Shown one piece after another: positions 1-12,000 of a stretch of 64,000 nt of DNA. The position numbers and the translations under genes were made by a program. Source of the stretch: Eledone cirrhosa (taxonomy: Eukaryota). The notes beneath the pieces are model-generated. The model had not been told where the DNA came from. It did not search any database and saw nothing but the letters and a program-made list of their open reading frames with translations. Every line of letters begins with the position of its first letter. The stretch's first letter is position 1. The stretch spans positions 42,966,001-43,030,000 of the forward strand of contig OZ024755.1 of the NCBI GenBank assembly GCA_964016885.1, in the 5' to 3' direction.

Positions 1-3000
1 GTGTTGGGTGTGGAGGTGGTTATGGGCTGTGTGTGATGGTGAGGGTGCTGGGTGTGGAGGTGGTTATGGGCTGTGTGTGATGGTGAGGGTGCTGGGTGTG
101 AAGGTGGTTATGGGCTGTGTGTGATGGTGAGGGTGCTGGGTGTGGTGGTGGTTATGGGCTGTGTGTGATGGTGAGGGTGTTGGGTGTGAAGGTGGTTATG
201 GGCTGTGTGTGATGGTGAGGGTGTTGGGTGTGGAGGTGGTTATGGGCTGTGTGTGATGGTGAGGGTGTTGGCTGTGAAGGTGGTTATGGGCTGTGTGTGA
301 TGGTGAGGGTGCTGGGTGTGGATGTGGTTATGGGCTGTGTGTGATGGTGAGGGTGCTGGGTGTGGAGGTGGTTATGGGCTGTGTGTGATGGTGAGGGTGT
401 TAGGTGTGGAGGTGGTTATGGGCTGTGTGTGATGGTGAGGGTGCTGGGTGTGGAGGTGGTTATGGGCTGTGTGTGATGGTGAGGGTGCTGGGTGTGGAGG
501 TGGTTATGGGCTGTGTGTGATGGTGAGGGTGTTAGGTGTGGAGGTGGTTATGGGCTGTGTGTGATGGTGAGGGTGCTGGGTGTGGAGGTGGTTATGGGCT
601 GTGTGTGATGGTGAGGGTGCTGGGTGTGGAGGTGGTTATGGGCTGTGTGTGATGGTGAGGGTGTTGGGTGTGAAGGTGGTTATGGGCTGTGTGTGATGGT
701 GAGGGTGTTGGGTGTGGAGGTGGTTATGGGCTGTGTGTGATGGTGAGGGTGTTGGGTGTGGAGGTGGTTATGGGCTGTGTGTGATGGTGAGGGTGTTGGG
801 TGTGGAGGTGGTTATGGGCTGTGTGTGATGGTGAGGGTGTTGGGTGTGGAGGTGGTTATGGGCTGTGTGTGATGGTGAGGGTGCTGGGTGTGAAGGTGGT
901 TATGGGCTGTGTGTGATGGTGAGGGTGCTGGGTGTGGAGGTGGTTATGGGCTGTGTGTGATGGTGAGGGTGTTGGGTGTGGAGGTGGTTATGAGCTGTGT
1001 GTGATGGTAAGGGTGTTGGGTGTGGAGGTGATTATGGGCTGTGTGTGATGGTGAGGGTGCTGGGTGTGGAGGTGGTTATGGGCTGTGTGTGATGGTGAGG
1101 GTGTTGGGTGTGGAGGTGGTTATGGGCTGTGTGTGATGGTAAGGGTGTTGGGTGTGGAGGTGGTTATGGGCTGTGTGTGATGGTAAGGGTGTTGGGTATG
1201 GAGGTGGTTATGGGCTGTGTGTGATGGTGAGGGTGTTGGGTGTGGAGGTGGTTATGGGCTGTTTGTGATGGTGAGGGTGTTGGATGTGGGGGTGGTTATG
1301 GGCTGTGTGTGATGGTGAGGGTGTTAGGTGTGGAGGTGGTTATGGGCTGTGTGTGATGGTGAGGGTGTTGGGTGTGAAGGTGGTTATGGGCTGTGTGTGA
1401 TGGTGAGGGTGTTGGGTGTGGAGGTGGTTATGGGCTGTGTGTGATGGTGAGGGTGTTAGGTGTGGAGGTGGTTATGGGCTGTGTGTGAGGGTGAGGGTGT
1501 TGGGTGTGAAGGTGGTTATGGGCTGTGTGTGATGGTGAGGGTGTTGGGTGTGGAGGTGGTTATGAGCTGTGTGTGATGATAAGGGTGTTGGGTGTGGAGG
1601 TGATTATGGGCTGTGTGTGATGGTGAGGGTGCTGGGTGTGGAGGTGGTTATGGGCTGTGTGTGATGGTGAGGGTGTTGGGTGTGGAGGTGGTTATGGGCT
1701 GTGTGTGATGGTAAGGGTGTTGGGTGTGGAGGTGGTTATGGGCTGTGTGTGATGGTAAGGGTGTTGGGTGTGGAGGTGGTTATGGGCTCTGTGTGATGGT
1801 GAGGGTGTTGGGTGTGGAGGTGGTTATGGGCTGTGTGTGATGGTGAGGGTGTTGGGTGTGGAGGTGGTTATGGGCTGTGTGTGATGGTAAGGGTGCTGGG
1901 TGTGGAGGTGGTTATGGGCTGTGTGTGATGGTGAGGGTGTTGGGTGTGGAGGTGGTTATGGGCTGTGTGTGATGGTGAGGGTGTTGGGTGTGGAGGTGGT
2001 TATGGGCTGTGTGTGATGGTAAGGGTGTTGGGTGTGGAGGTGGTTATGGGCTGTGTGTGATGGTAAGGGTGTTGGGTGTGGAGGTGGTTATGGGCTGTGT
2101 GTGATGGTGAGGGTGTTGGGTGTGGAGGTGGTTATGGGCTGTGTGTGATGGTGAGGGTGTTGGGTGTGGAGGTGGTTATGGGCTGTGTGTGATGGTAAGG
2201 GTGTTGGGTGTGGAGGTGGTTATGGGCTGTGTGTGATGGTGAGGGTGTTGGGTGTGGAGGTGGTTATGGGCTGTGTGTGATGGTGAGGGTGTTGGGTGTG
2301 GAGGTGGTTATGGGCTGTGTGTGATGGTGAGGGTGTTGGGTGTGGAGGTGGTTATGTGCTGGGTGTTATGGTGGGGGTGTTGGGTGTGGAGGTGGTTATG
2401 GGCTGTGTGTGATGGTGAGGGTGCTGGGTGTGGAGGTGGTTATGGGCTGTGTGTGATGGTGAGGGTGTTAGGTGTGGAGGTGGTTATGGGCTGTGTGTGA
2501 TGGTGAGGGTGCTGGGTGTGGAGGTGTTTATGGGCTGTGTGTGATGGTGAGGGTGCTGGGTGTGGAGGTGGTTATGGGCTGTGTGTGATGGTGAGGGTGT
2601 TGGGTGTGAAGGTGGTTATGGGCTGTGTGTGATGGTGAGGGTGTTGGGTGTGGAGGTGGTTATGGGCTGTGTGTGATGGTGAGGGTGTTGGGTGTGGAGG
2701 TGGTTATGGGCTGTGTGTGATGGTGAGGGTGTTGGGTGTGGAGGTGGTTATGGGCTGTGTGTGATGGTGAGGGTGTTGGGTGTGGAGGTGGCTATGGGCT
2801 GTGTGTGATGGTGAGGGTGTTGGGTGTGGAGGTGGTTATGGGCTGTGTGTGATGGTGAGGGTGTTGGGTGTGGAGGTGGTTATGGGCTGTGTGTGATGGT
2901 GAGGGTGTTGGGTGTGGAGGTGGTTATGGGCTGTGTGTGATGGTGAGGGTGCTGGGTGTGAAGGTGGTTATGGGTTGTGTGTGATGGTGAGGGTGTTGGG

Positions 3001-6000
3001 TGTGGAGGTGGTTATGTGCTGTGTATGATGGTGGGGGTGTTGGGTGTGGAGCTGATTATGGGCTGTGTGTGAGGCTGCTGGGTGTGGAGGTGATTATGGG
3101 CTGTGTGTGATGGTGAGGGTGTTGGGTGTGGAGGTGGTTATGGGCTGTGTGTGATGGTGAGGGTGCTGGGTGTGGAGGTGGTTATGGGCTGTGTGTGATG
3201 GTGAGGGTGTTAGGTGTGTAGGTGGTTATGGGCTGTGTGTGATGGTGAGGGTGCTGGGTGTGGAGGTGGTTATGGGCTGTGTGTGATGGTGAGGGTGCAG
3301 GGTGTGGAGGTGGTTATGAGCTGTGTGTGATGGTGAGGGTGTTGGGTGTGGAGGTGGTTATGGGCTGTGTGTGATGGTGAGGGTGCTGGGTGTGGAGGTG
3401 GTTATGGGCTGTGTGTGATGGTGAGGGTGTTGTGTGTGAAGGTGGTTATGGGCTGTGTGTGATGGTGAGGGTGTTGGGTGTGGAGGTGGTTATGGGCTGT
3501 GTGTGATGGTGAGGGTGCTGGGTGTGGAGGTGGTTATGGGCTGTGTGTGATGGTGAGGGTGTTGGGTGTGGAGGTGATTATGGGCTGTGTGTGATGGTGA
3601 GGGTGCTGGGTGTGGAGGTGGTTATGGGCTGTGTGTGATGGTGAGGGTGCTGGGTGTGGAGGTGGTTATGAGCTGTTTGTGATGGTGAGGGTGTTGGATG
3701 TGGGGGTGGTTATGGGCTGTGTGTGATGGTGAGGGTGTTAGGTGTGGAGGTGGTTATGGGCTGTGTGTGATGGTGAGGGTGTTGGGTGTGAAGGTGGTTA
3801 TGGGCTGTGTGTGATGGTGAGGGTGTTGGGTGTGGAGGTGGTTATGGGCTGTGTGTGATGGTGAGGGTGTTAGGTGTGGAGGTGGTTATGGGCTCTGTGT
3901 GAGGGTGAGGGTGTTGGGTGTGAAGGTGGTTATGGGCTGTGTGTGATGGTGAGGGTGTTGGGTGTGGAGGTGGTTATGAGCTGTGTGTGATGGTAAGGGT
4001 GTTGGGTGTGGAGGTGATTATGGGCTGTGTGTGAGGGTGAGGGTGCTGGGTGTGGAGGTGGTTATGGGCTGTGTGTGATGGTGAGGGTGTTGGGTGTGGA
4101 GGTGGTTATGGGCTGTGTGTGATGGTAAGGGTGTTGGGTGTGGAGGTGGTTATGGGCTGTGTGTGATGGTAAGGGTGTTGGGTGTGGAGGTGGTTATGGG
4201 CTGTGTGTGATGGTGAGGGTGTTGGGTGTGGAGGTGGTTATGGGCTGTTTGTGATGGTGAGGGTGTTGGGTGTGGAGGTGGTTATGGGCTGTGTGTGATG
4301 GTGAGGGTGTTAGGTGTGGAGGTGGTTATGGGCTGTGTGTGAGGGTGAGGGTGTTGGGTGTGAAGGTGGTTATGGGCTGTGTGTGATGGTGAGGGTGTTG
4401 GGTGTGGAGGTGGTTATGGGCTGTGTGTGATGGTAAGGGTGTTGGGTGGGGAGGTGGTTATGGGCTGTGTGTGATGGTGAGGGTGTTGGGTGTGGAGGTG
4501 GTTATGGGCTGTGTGTGATGGTAAGGGTGTTGGGTGTGGAGGTGGTTATGGGCTGTGTGTGATGGTGAGGGTGTTGGGTGTGGAGGTGGTTATGGGCTGT
4601 GTGTGATGGTGAGGGTGTTGGGTGTGGAGGTGGTTATGGGCTGTGTGTGATGGTGAGGGTGTTGGGTGTGGAGGTGGTTATGGGCTGTGTGTGATGGTGA
4701 GGGTGTTGGGTGTGGAGGTGGTTATGGGCTGTGTGTGATGGTGAGGGTGTTGGGTGTGGAGGTGGTTATGTGCTGTGTGTGATGGTGGGGGTGTTGGGTG
4801 TAGAGGTGGTTATGGGCTGTGTGTGATGGTGAGGGTGCTGGGTGTGGAGGTGGTTATGGGCTGTGTGTGATGGTGAGGGTGTTAGGTGTGGAGGTGGTTA
4901 TGGGCTGTGTGTGATGGTGAGGGTGCTGGGTGTGGAGGTGTTTATGGGCTGTGTGTGATGGTGAGGGTGCTGGGTGTGGAGGTGGTTATGGGCTGTGTGT
5001 GATGGTGAGGGTGTTGGGTGTGAAGGTGGTTATGGGCTGTGTGTGATGGTGAGGGTGTTGGGTGTGGAGGTGGTTATGCGCTGTGTGTGATGGTGAGGGT
5101 GTTGGGTGTGGAGGTGGTTATGGGCTGTGTGTGATTGTGAGGGTGTTGGGTGTGGAGGTGGTTATGGGCTGTGTGTGATGGAGAGGGTGTTGGGTGTGGA
5201 GGTGGCTATGGGCTGTGTGTGATGGTGAGGGTGTTGGGTGTGGAGGTGGTTATGGGCTGTGTGTGATGGTGAGGGTGTTGGGTGTGGAGGTGGTTATGCG
5301 CTGTGTGTGATGGTGAGGGTGTTGGGTGTGGTGGTGGTTATGGGCTGTGGGTGATGGTGAGGGTGCTGGGTGTGAAGGTGGTTATGGGTTGTGTGTGATG
5401 GTGAGGGTGTTGGGTGTGGAGGTGGTTATGTGCTGTGTATGATGGTGGGGGTGTTGGGTGTGGAGCTGATTATGGGCTGTGTGTGAGGGTGCTGGGTGTG
5501 GAGGTGATTATGGGCTGTGTGTGATGGTGAGGGTGTTGGGTGGGGAGGTGGTTATGGGCTGTGAATGATGGTGAGGGTGCTGGGTGTGGAGGTGGTTATG
5601 GGCTGTGTGTGATGGTGTTGGGTGTGGAGGTGGTTATGTGCTGTGTGTGATGGTGGGGGTGTTGGGTGAGGAGGTGGTTATGGGCTGTGTGTGATGGTGA
5701 GGGTGCTGGGTGTGGAGGTGGTTATGGGCTGTGTGTGATGGTGAGGGTGTTAGGTGTGTAGGGGGTTATGGGCTGTGTGTGATGGTGAGGGTGCTGGGTG
5801 TGGAGGTGGTTATGGGCTGTGTGTGATGGTGAGGGTGCTGGGTGTGGAGGTGGTTATGGGCTGTGTGTGATGGTGAGGGTGTTGGGTGTGAAGGTGGTTA
5901 TGGGCTGTGTGTGATGGTGAGGGTGTTGGGTGTGGAGGTGGTTATGGGCTGTGTGTGATGGTGAGGGTGTTGGGTGTGGAGGTGGTTATGGGCTGTGTGT

Positions 6001-9000
6001 GATGGTGAGGGTGTTGGGTGTGGAGGTGGTTATGGGCTGTGTGTGATGGTGAGGGAGTTGGGTGTGGAGGTGGTTATGGGCTGTGTGTGATGGTGAGGGT
6101 GCTGGGTGTGAAGGTGGTTATGGGCTGTGTGTGATGGTGAGGGTGCTGGGTGTGGAGGTGGTTATGGGCTGTGTGTGATGGTGAGGGTGTTGGGTGTGGA
6201 GGTGGTTATGGGCTGTTTGTGATGGTGAGGGTGTTGGGTGTGGAGGTGGTTATGGGCTGTGTGTGATGGTGAGGGTGTTGGGTGTGGAGGTGGTTATGGG
6301 CTGTGTGTGATGGTGAGGGTGCTGGGTGTGAAGGTGGTTATGGGCTGTGTGTGATGGTGAGGGTGCTGGGTGTGGAGGTGGTTATGGGCTGTGTGTGATG
6401 GTGAGGGTGTTGGGTGTGGATGTGGTTATGAGCTGTGTGTGATGGTGAGGGTGTTGGGTGTGGAGGTGGTTATGGGCTGTGTGTGATGGTGAGGGTGTTG
6501 GGTGTGGAGGTGGTTATGGGCTGTGTGTGATGGTGAGGGTGTTGGGTGTGGAGGTGGTTATGGGCTGCGTGTGATGGTGAGGGTGCTGGGTGTGGATGTG
6601 GTTATGGGCTGTGTGTGATGGTGAGGGTGCTGGGTGTGGAGGTGGTTATGGGCTGTGTGTGATGGTGAGGGTGTTGTGTGTGGAGGTGGTTATGGGCTGT
6701 GTGTGATGGTGAGGGTGCTGGGTGTGGAGGGGGTTATGGGCTGTGTGTGATGGTGAGGGTGTTGGGTGTGAGGGTGGTTATGGGCTGTGTGTGATGGTGA
6801 GGGTGTTAGGTGTGGAGGTGGTTATGGGCTGTGTGTGATGGTGAGGGTGCTGGGTGTGGAGGTGGTTATGGGCTGTGTGTGATGGTGAGGGTGTTGGGTG
6901 TGGAGGTGGTTATGGGCTGTGTGTGATGGTGAGGGTGCTGGGTGTGGAGGTGGTTATGGGCTGTGTGTGATGGTGAGGGTGCTGGGTGTGGAGGTGGTTA
7001 TGGGCTGTGTGTGATGGTGAGGGTGTTGGGTGTGGAGGTGGTTATGGGCTGTTTGATGGTGAGGGTGTTGGGTGTGGAGGTGGTTATGGGCTGTGTGTGA
7101 TGGTGAGGGTGTTGGGTGTGGAGGTGGTTATGGGCTGTGTGTGATGGTGAGGGTGTTGGGTGTGGAGGTGGTTATGGGCTGTGTGTGATGGTGAGGGTGC
7201 TGGGTGTGGATGTGGTTATGGGCTGTGTGTGATGGTGAGGGTGCTGGGTGTGGAGGTGGTTATGGGCTGTGTGTGATGGTGAGGGTGTTGGGTGTGGAGG
7301 TGGTTATGGGCTGTGTGTGATGGTGAGGGTGCTGGATGTGGAGGTGGTTATGGGCTGTGTGTGATGGTGAGGGTGCTGGGTGTGGAGGTGGTTATGGGCT
7401 GTGTGTGATGGTGAGGGTGTTAGGTGTGGAGGGGGTTATGGGCTGTGTGTGATGGTGAGGGTGCTGGGTGTGGAGGTGGTTATGGGCTGTGTGTGATGGT
7501 GAGCGTGTTGGGTGTGGAGGTGGTTATGGGCTGTGTGTGATGGTGAGGGTGCTGGGTGTGGAGGTGGTTATGGGCTTTGTGTGATGGTGAGGGTGCTGGG
7601 TGTGGAGGTGGTTATGGGCTGTGTGTGATGGTGAGGGTGTTGGGTGTGGAGGTGGTTATGGGCTGTGTGTGATGGTGAGGGTGTTGGGTGTGGAGGTGGT
7701 TATGGGCTGTGTGTGATGGTGAGGGTGTTGGGTGTGGAGGTGGTTATGGGCTGTGTGTGATGGTGAGGGTGTTGGGTGTGGAGGTGGTTATGGGCTGTGT
7801 GTGATGGTGAGGGTGCTGGGTGTGGAGGTGGTTATGGGCTGTGTGTGATGGTGAGGGTGCTGGGTGTGAAGGTGGTTATGGGCTGTGTGTGATGGTGAGG
7901 GTGCTGGGTGTGGTGGTGGTTATGGGCTGTGTGTGATGGTGAGGGTGTTGGGTGTGAAGGTGGTTATGGGCTGTGTGTGATGGTGAGGGTGTTGGGTGTG
8001 GAGGTGGTTATGGGCTGTGTGTGATGGTGAGGGTGTTGGCTGTGAAGGTGGTTATGGGCTGTGTGTGATGGTGAGGGTGCTGGGTGTGGATGTGGTTATG
8101 GGCTGTGTGTGATGGTGAGGGTGCTGGGTGTGGAGGTGGTTATGGGCTGTGTGTGATGGTGAGGGTGTTAGGTGTGGAGGTGGTTATGGGCTGTGTGTGA
8201 TGGTGAGGGTGCTGGGTGTGGAGGTGGTTATGGGCTGTGTGTGATGGTGAGGGTGCTGGGTGTGGAGGTGGTTATGGGCTGTGTGTGATGGTGAGGGTGT
8301 TAGGTGTGGAGGTGGTTATGGGATGTGTGTGATGGTGAGGGTGCTGGGTGTGGAGGTGGTTATGGGCTGTGTGTGATGGTGAGGGTGCTGGGTGTGGAGG
8401 TGGTTATGGGCTGTGTGTGATGGTGAGGGTGTTGGGTGTGAAGGTGGTTATGGGCTGTGTGTGATGGTGAGGGTGTTGGGTGTGGAGGTGGTTATGGGCT
8501 GTGTGTGATGGTGAGGGTGTTGGGTGTGGAGGTGGTTATGGGCTGTGTGTGATGGTGAGGGTGTTGGGTGTGGAGGTGGTTATGGGCTGTGTGTGATGGT
8601 GAGGGTGTTGGGTGTGGAGGTGGTTATGGGCTGTGTGTGATGGTGAGGGTGCTGGGTGTGAAGGTGGTTATGGGCTGTGTGTGATGGTGAGGGTGCTGGG
8701 TGTGGAGGTGGTTATGGGCTGTGTGTGATGGTGAGGGTGTTGGGTGTGGAGGTGGTTATGAGCTGTGTGTGATGGTAAGGGTGTTGGGTGTGGAGGTGAT
8801 TATGGGCTGTGTGTGATGGTGAGGGTGCTGGGTGTGGAGGTGGTTATGGGCTGTGTGTGATGGTGAGGGTGTTGGGTGTGGAGGTGGTTATGGGCTGTGT
8901 GTGATGGTAAGGGTGTTGGGTGTGGAGGTGGTTATGGGCTGTGTGTGATGGTAAGGGTGTTGGGTATGGAGGTGGTTATGGGCTGTGTGTGATGGTGAGG

Positions 9001-12000
9001 GTGTTGGGTGTGGAGGTGGTTATGGGCTGTTTGTGATGGTGAGGGTGTTGGATGTGGGGGTGGTTATGGGCTGTGTGTGATGGTGAGGGTGTTAGGTGTG
9101 GAGGTGGTTATGGGCTGTGTGTGATGGTGAGGGTGTTGGGTGTGAAGGTGGTTATGGGCTGTGTGTGATGGTGAGGGTGTTGGGTGTGGAGGTGGTTATG
9201 GGCTGTGTGTGATGGTGAGGGTGTTAGGTGTGGAGGTGGTTATGGGCTGTGTGTGAGGGTGAGGGTGTTGGGTGTGAAGGTGGTTATGGGCTGTGTGTGA
9301 TGGTGAGGGTGTTGGGTGTGGAGGTGGTTATGAGCTGTGTGTGATGATAAGGGTGTTGGGTGTGGAGGTGATTATGGGCTGTGTGTGATGGTGAGGGTGC
9401 TGGGTGTGGAGGTGGTTATGGGCTGTGTGTGATGGTGAGGGTGTTGGGTGTGGAGGTGGTTATGGGCTGTGTGTGATGGTAAGGGTGTTGGGTGTGGAGG
9501 TGGTTATGGGCTGTGTGTGATGGTAAGGGTGTTGGGTGTGGAGGTGGTTATGGGCTCTGTGTGATGGTGAGGGTGTTGGGTGTGGAGGTGGTTATGGGCT
9601 GTGTGTGATGGTGAGGGTGTTGGGTGTGGAGGTGGTTATGGGCTGTGTGTGATGGTAAGGGTGCTGGGTGTGGAGGTGGTTATGGGCTGTGTGTGATGGT
9701 GAGGGTGTTGGGTGTGGAGGTGGTTATGGGCTGTGTGTGATGGTGAGGGTGTTGGGTGTGGAGGTGGTTATGGGCTGTGTGTGATGGTAAGGGTGTTGGG
9801 TGTGGAGGTGGTTATGGGCTGTGTGTGATGGTAAGGGTGTTGGGTGTGGAGGTGGTTATGGGCTGTGTGTGATGGTGAGGGTGTTGGGTGTGGAGGTGGT
9901 TATGGGCTGTGTGTGATGGTGAGGGTGTTGGGTGTGGAGGTGGTTATGGGCTGTGTGTGATGGTAAGGGTGTTGGGTGTGGAGGTGGTTATGGGCTGTGT
10001 GTGATGGTGAGGGTGTTGGGTGTGGAGGTGGTTATGGGCTGTGTGTGATGGTGAGGGTGTTGGGTGTGGAGGTGGTTATGGGCTGTGTGTGATGGTGAGG
10101 GTGTTGGGTGTGGAGGTGGTTATGTGCTGGGTGTTATGGTGGGGGTGTTGGGTGTGGAGGTGGTTATGGGCTGTGTGTGATGGTGAGGGTGCTGGGTGTG
10201 GAGGTGGTTATGGGCTGTGTGTGATGGTGAGGGTGTTAGGTGTGGAGGTGGTTATGGGCTGTGTGTGATGGTGAGGGTGCTGGGTGTGGAGGTGTTTATG
10301 GGCTGTGTGTGATGGTGAGGGTGCTGGGTGTGGAGGTGGTTATGGGCTGTGTGTGATGGTGAGGGTGTTGGGTGTGAAGGTGGTTATGGGCTGTGTGTGA
10401 TGGTGAGGGTGTTGGGTGTGGAGGTGGTTATGGGCTGTGTGTGATGGTGAGGGTGTTGGGTGTGGAGGTGGTTATGGGCTGTGTGTGATGGTGAGGGTGT
10501 TGGGTGTGGAGGTGGTTATGGGCTGTGTGTGATGGTGAGGGTGTTGGGTGTGGAGGTGGCTATGGGCTGTGTGTGATGGTGAGGGTGTTGGGTGTGGAGG
10601 TGGTTATGGGCTGTGTGTGATGGTGAGGGTGTTGGGTGTGGAGGTGGTTATGGGCTGTGTGTGATGGTGAGGGTGTTGGGTGTGGAGGTGGTTATGGGCT
10701 GTGTGTGATGGTGAGGGTGCTGGGTGTGAAGGTGGTTATGGGTTGTGTGTGATGGTGAGGGTGTTGGGTGTGGAGGTGGTTATGTGCTGTGTATGATGGT
10801 GGGGGTGTTGGGTGTGGAGCTGATTATGGGCTGTGTGTGAGGCTGCTGGGTGTGGAGGTGATTATGGGCTGTGTGTGATGGTGAGGGTGTTGGGTGTGGA
10901 GGTGGTTATGGGCTGTGTGTGATGGTGAGGGTGCTGGGTGTGGAGGTGGTTATGGGCTGTGTGTGATGGTGAGGGTGTTAGGTGTGTAGGTGGTTATGGG
11001 CTGTGTGTGATGGTGAGGGTGCTGGGTGTGGAGGTGGTTATGGGCTGTGTGTGATGGTGAGGGTGCAGGGTGTGGAGGTGGTTATGAGCTGTGTGTGATG
11101 GTGAGGGTGTTGGGTGTGGAGGTGGTTATGGGCTGTGTGTGATGGTGAGGGTGCTGGGTGTGGAGGTGGTTATGGGCTGTGTGTGATGGTGAGGGTGTTG
11201 TGTGTGAAGGTGGTTATGGGCTGTGTGTGATGGTGAGGGTGTTGGGTGTGGAGGTGGTTATGGGTTGTGTGTGATGGTGAGGGTGCTGGGTGTGGAGGTG
11301 GTTATGGGCTGTGTGTGATGGTGAGGGTGTTGGGTGTGGAGGTGATTATGGGCTGTGTGTGATGGTGAGGGTGCTGGGTGTGGAGGTGGTTATGGGCTGT
11401 GTGTGATGGTGAGGGTGCTGGGTGTGGAGGTGGTTATGAGCTGTTTGTGATGGTGAGGGTGTTGGATGTGGGGGTGGTTATGGGCTGTGTGTGATGGTGA
11501 GGGTGTTAGGTGTGGAGGTGGTTATGGGCTGTGTGTGATGGTGAGGGTGTTGGGTGTGAAGGTGGTTATGGGCTGTGTGTGATGGTGAGGGTGTTGGGTG
11601 TGGAGGTGGTTATGGGCTGTGTGTGATGGTGAGGGTGTTAGGTGTGGAGGTGGTTATGGGCTCTGTGTGAGGGTGAGGGTGTTGGGTGTGAAGGTGGTTA
11701 TGGGCTGTGTGTGATGGTGAGGGTGTTGGGTGTGGAGGTGGTTATGAGCTGTGTGTGATGGTAAGGGTGTTGGGTGTGGAGGTGATTATGGGCTGTGTGT
11801 GAGGGTGAGGGTGCTGGGTGTGGAGGTGGTTATGGGCTGTGTGTGATGGTGAGGGTGTTGGGTGTGGAGGTGGTTATGGGCTGTGTGTGATGGTAAGGGT
11901 GTTGGGTGTGGAGGTGGTTATGGGCTGTGTGTGATGGTAAGGGTGTTGGGTGTGGAGGTGGTTATGGGCTGTGTGTGATGGTGAGGGTGTTGGGTGTGGA

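Noticed and set aside
1-44. PRDM9 13-mer CCNCCNTNNCCNC, E. coli Chi GCTGGTGG, or Rap1 site
   Set aside because: Only partial matches (CCTCCACACCCAA misses two fixed positions; GCTGGGTG is not Chi; ACACCCAACAC is an imperfect Rap1 match). Such matches are expected by chance at this composition and the host is unknown.
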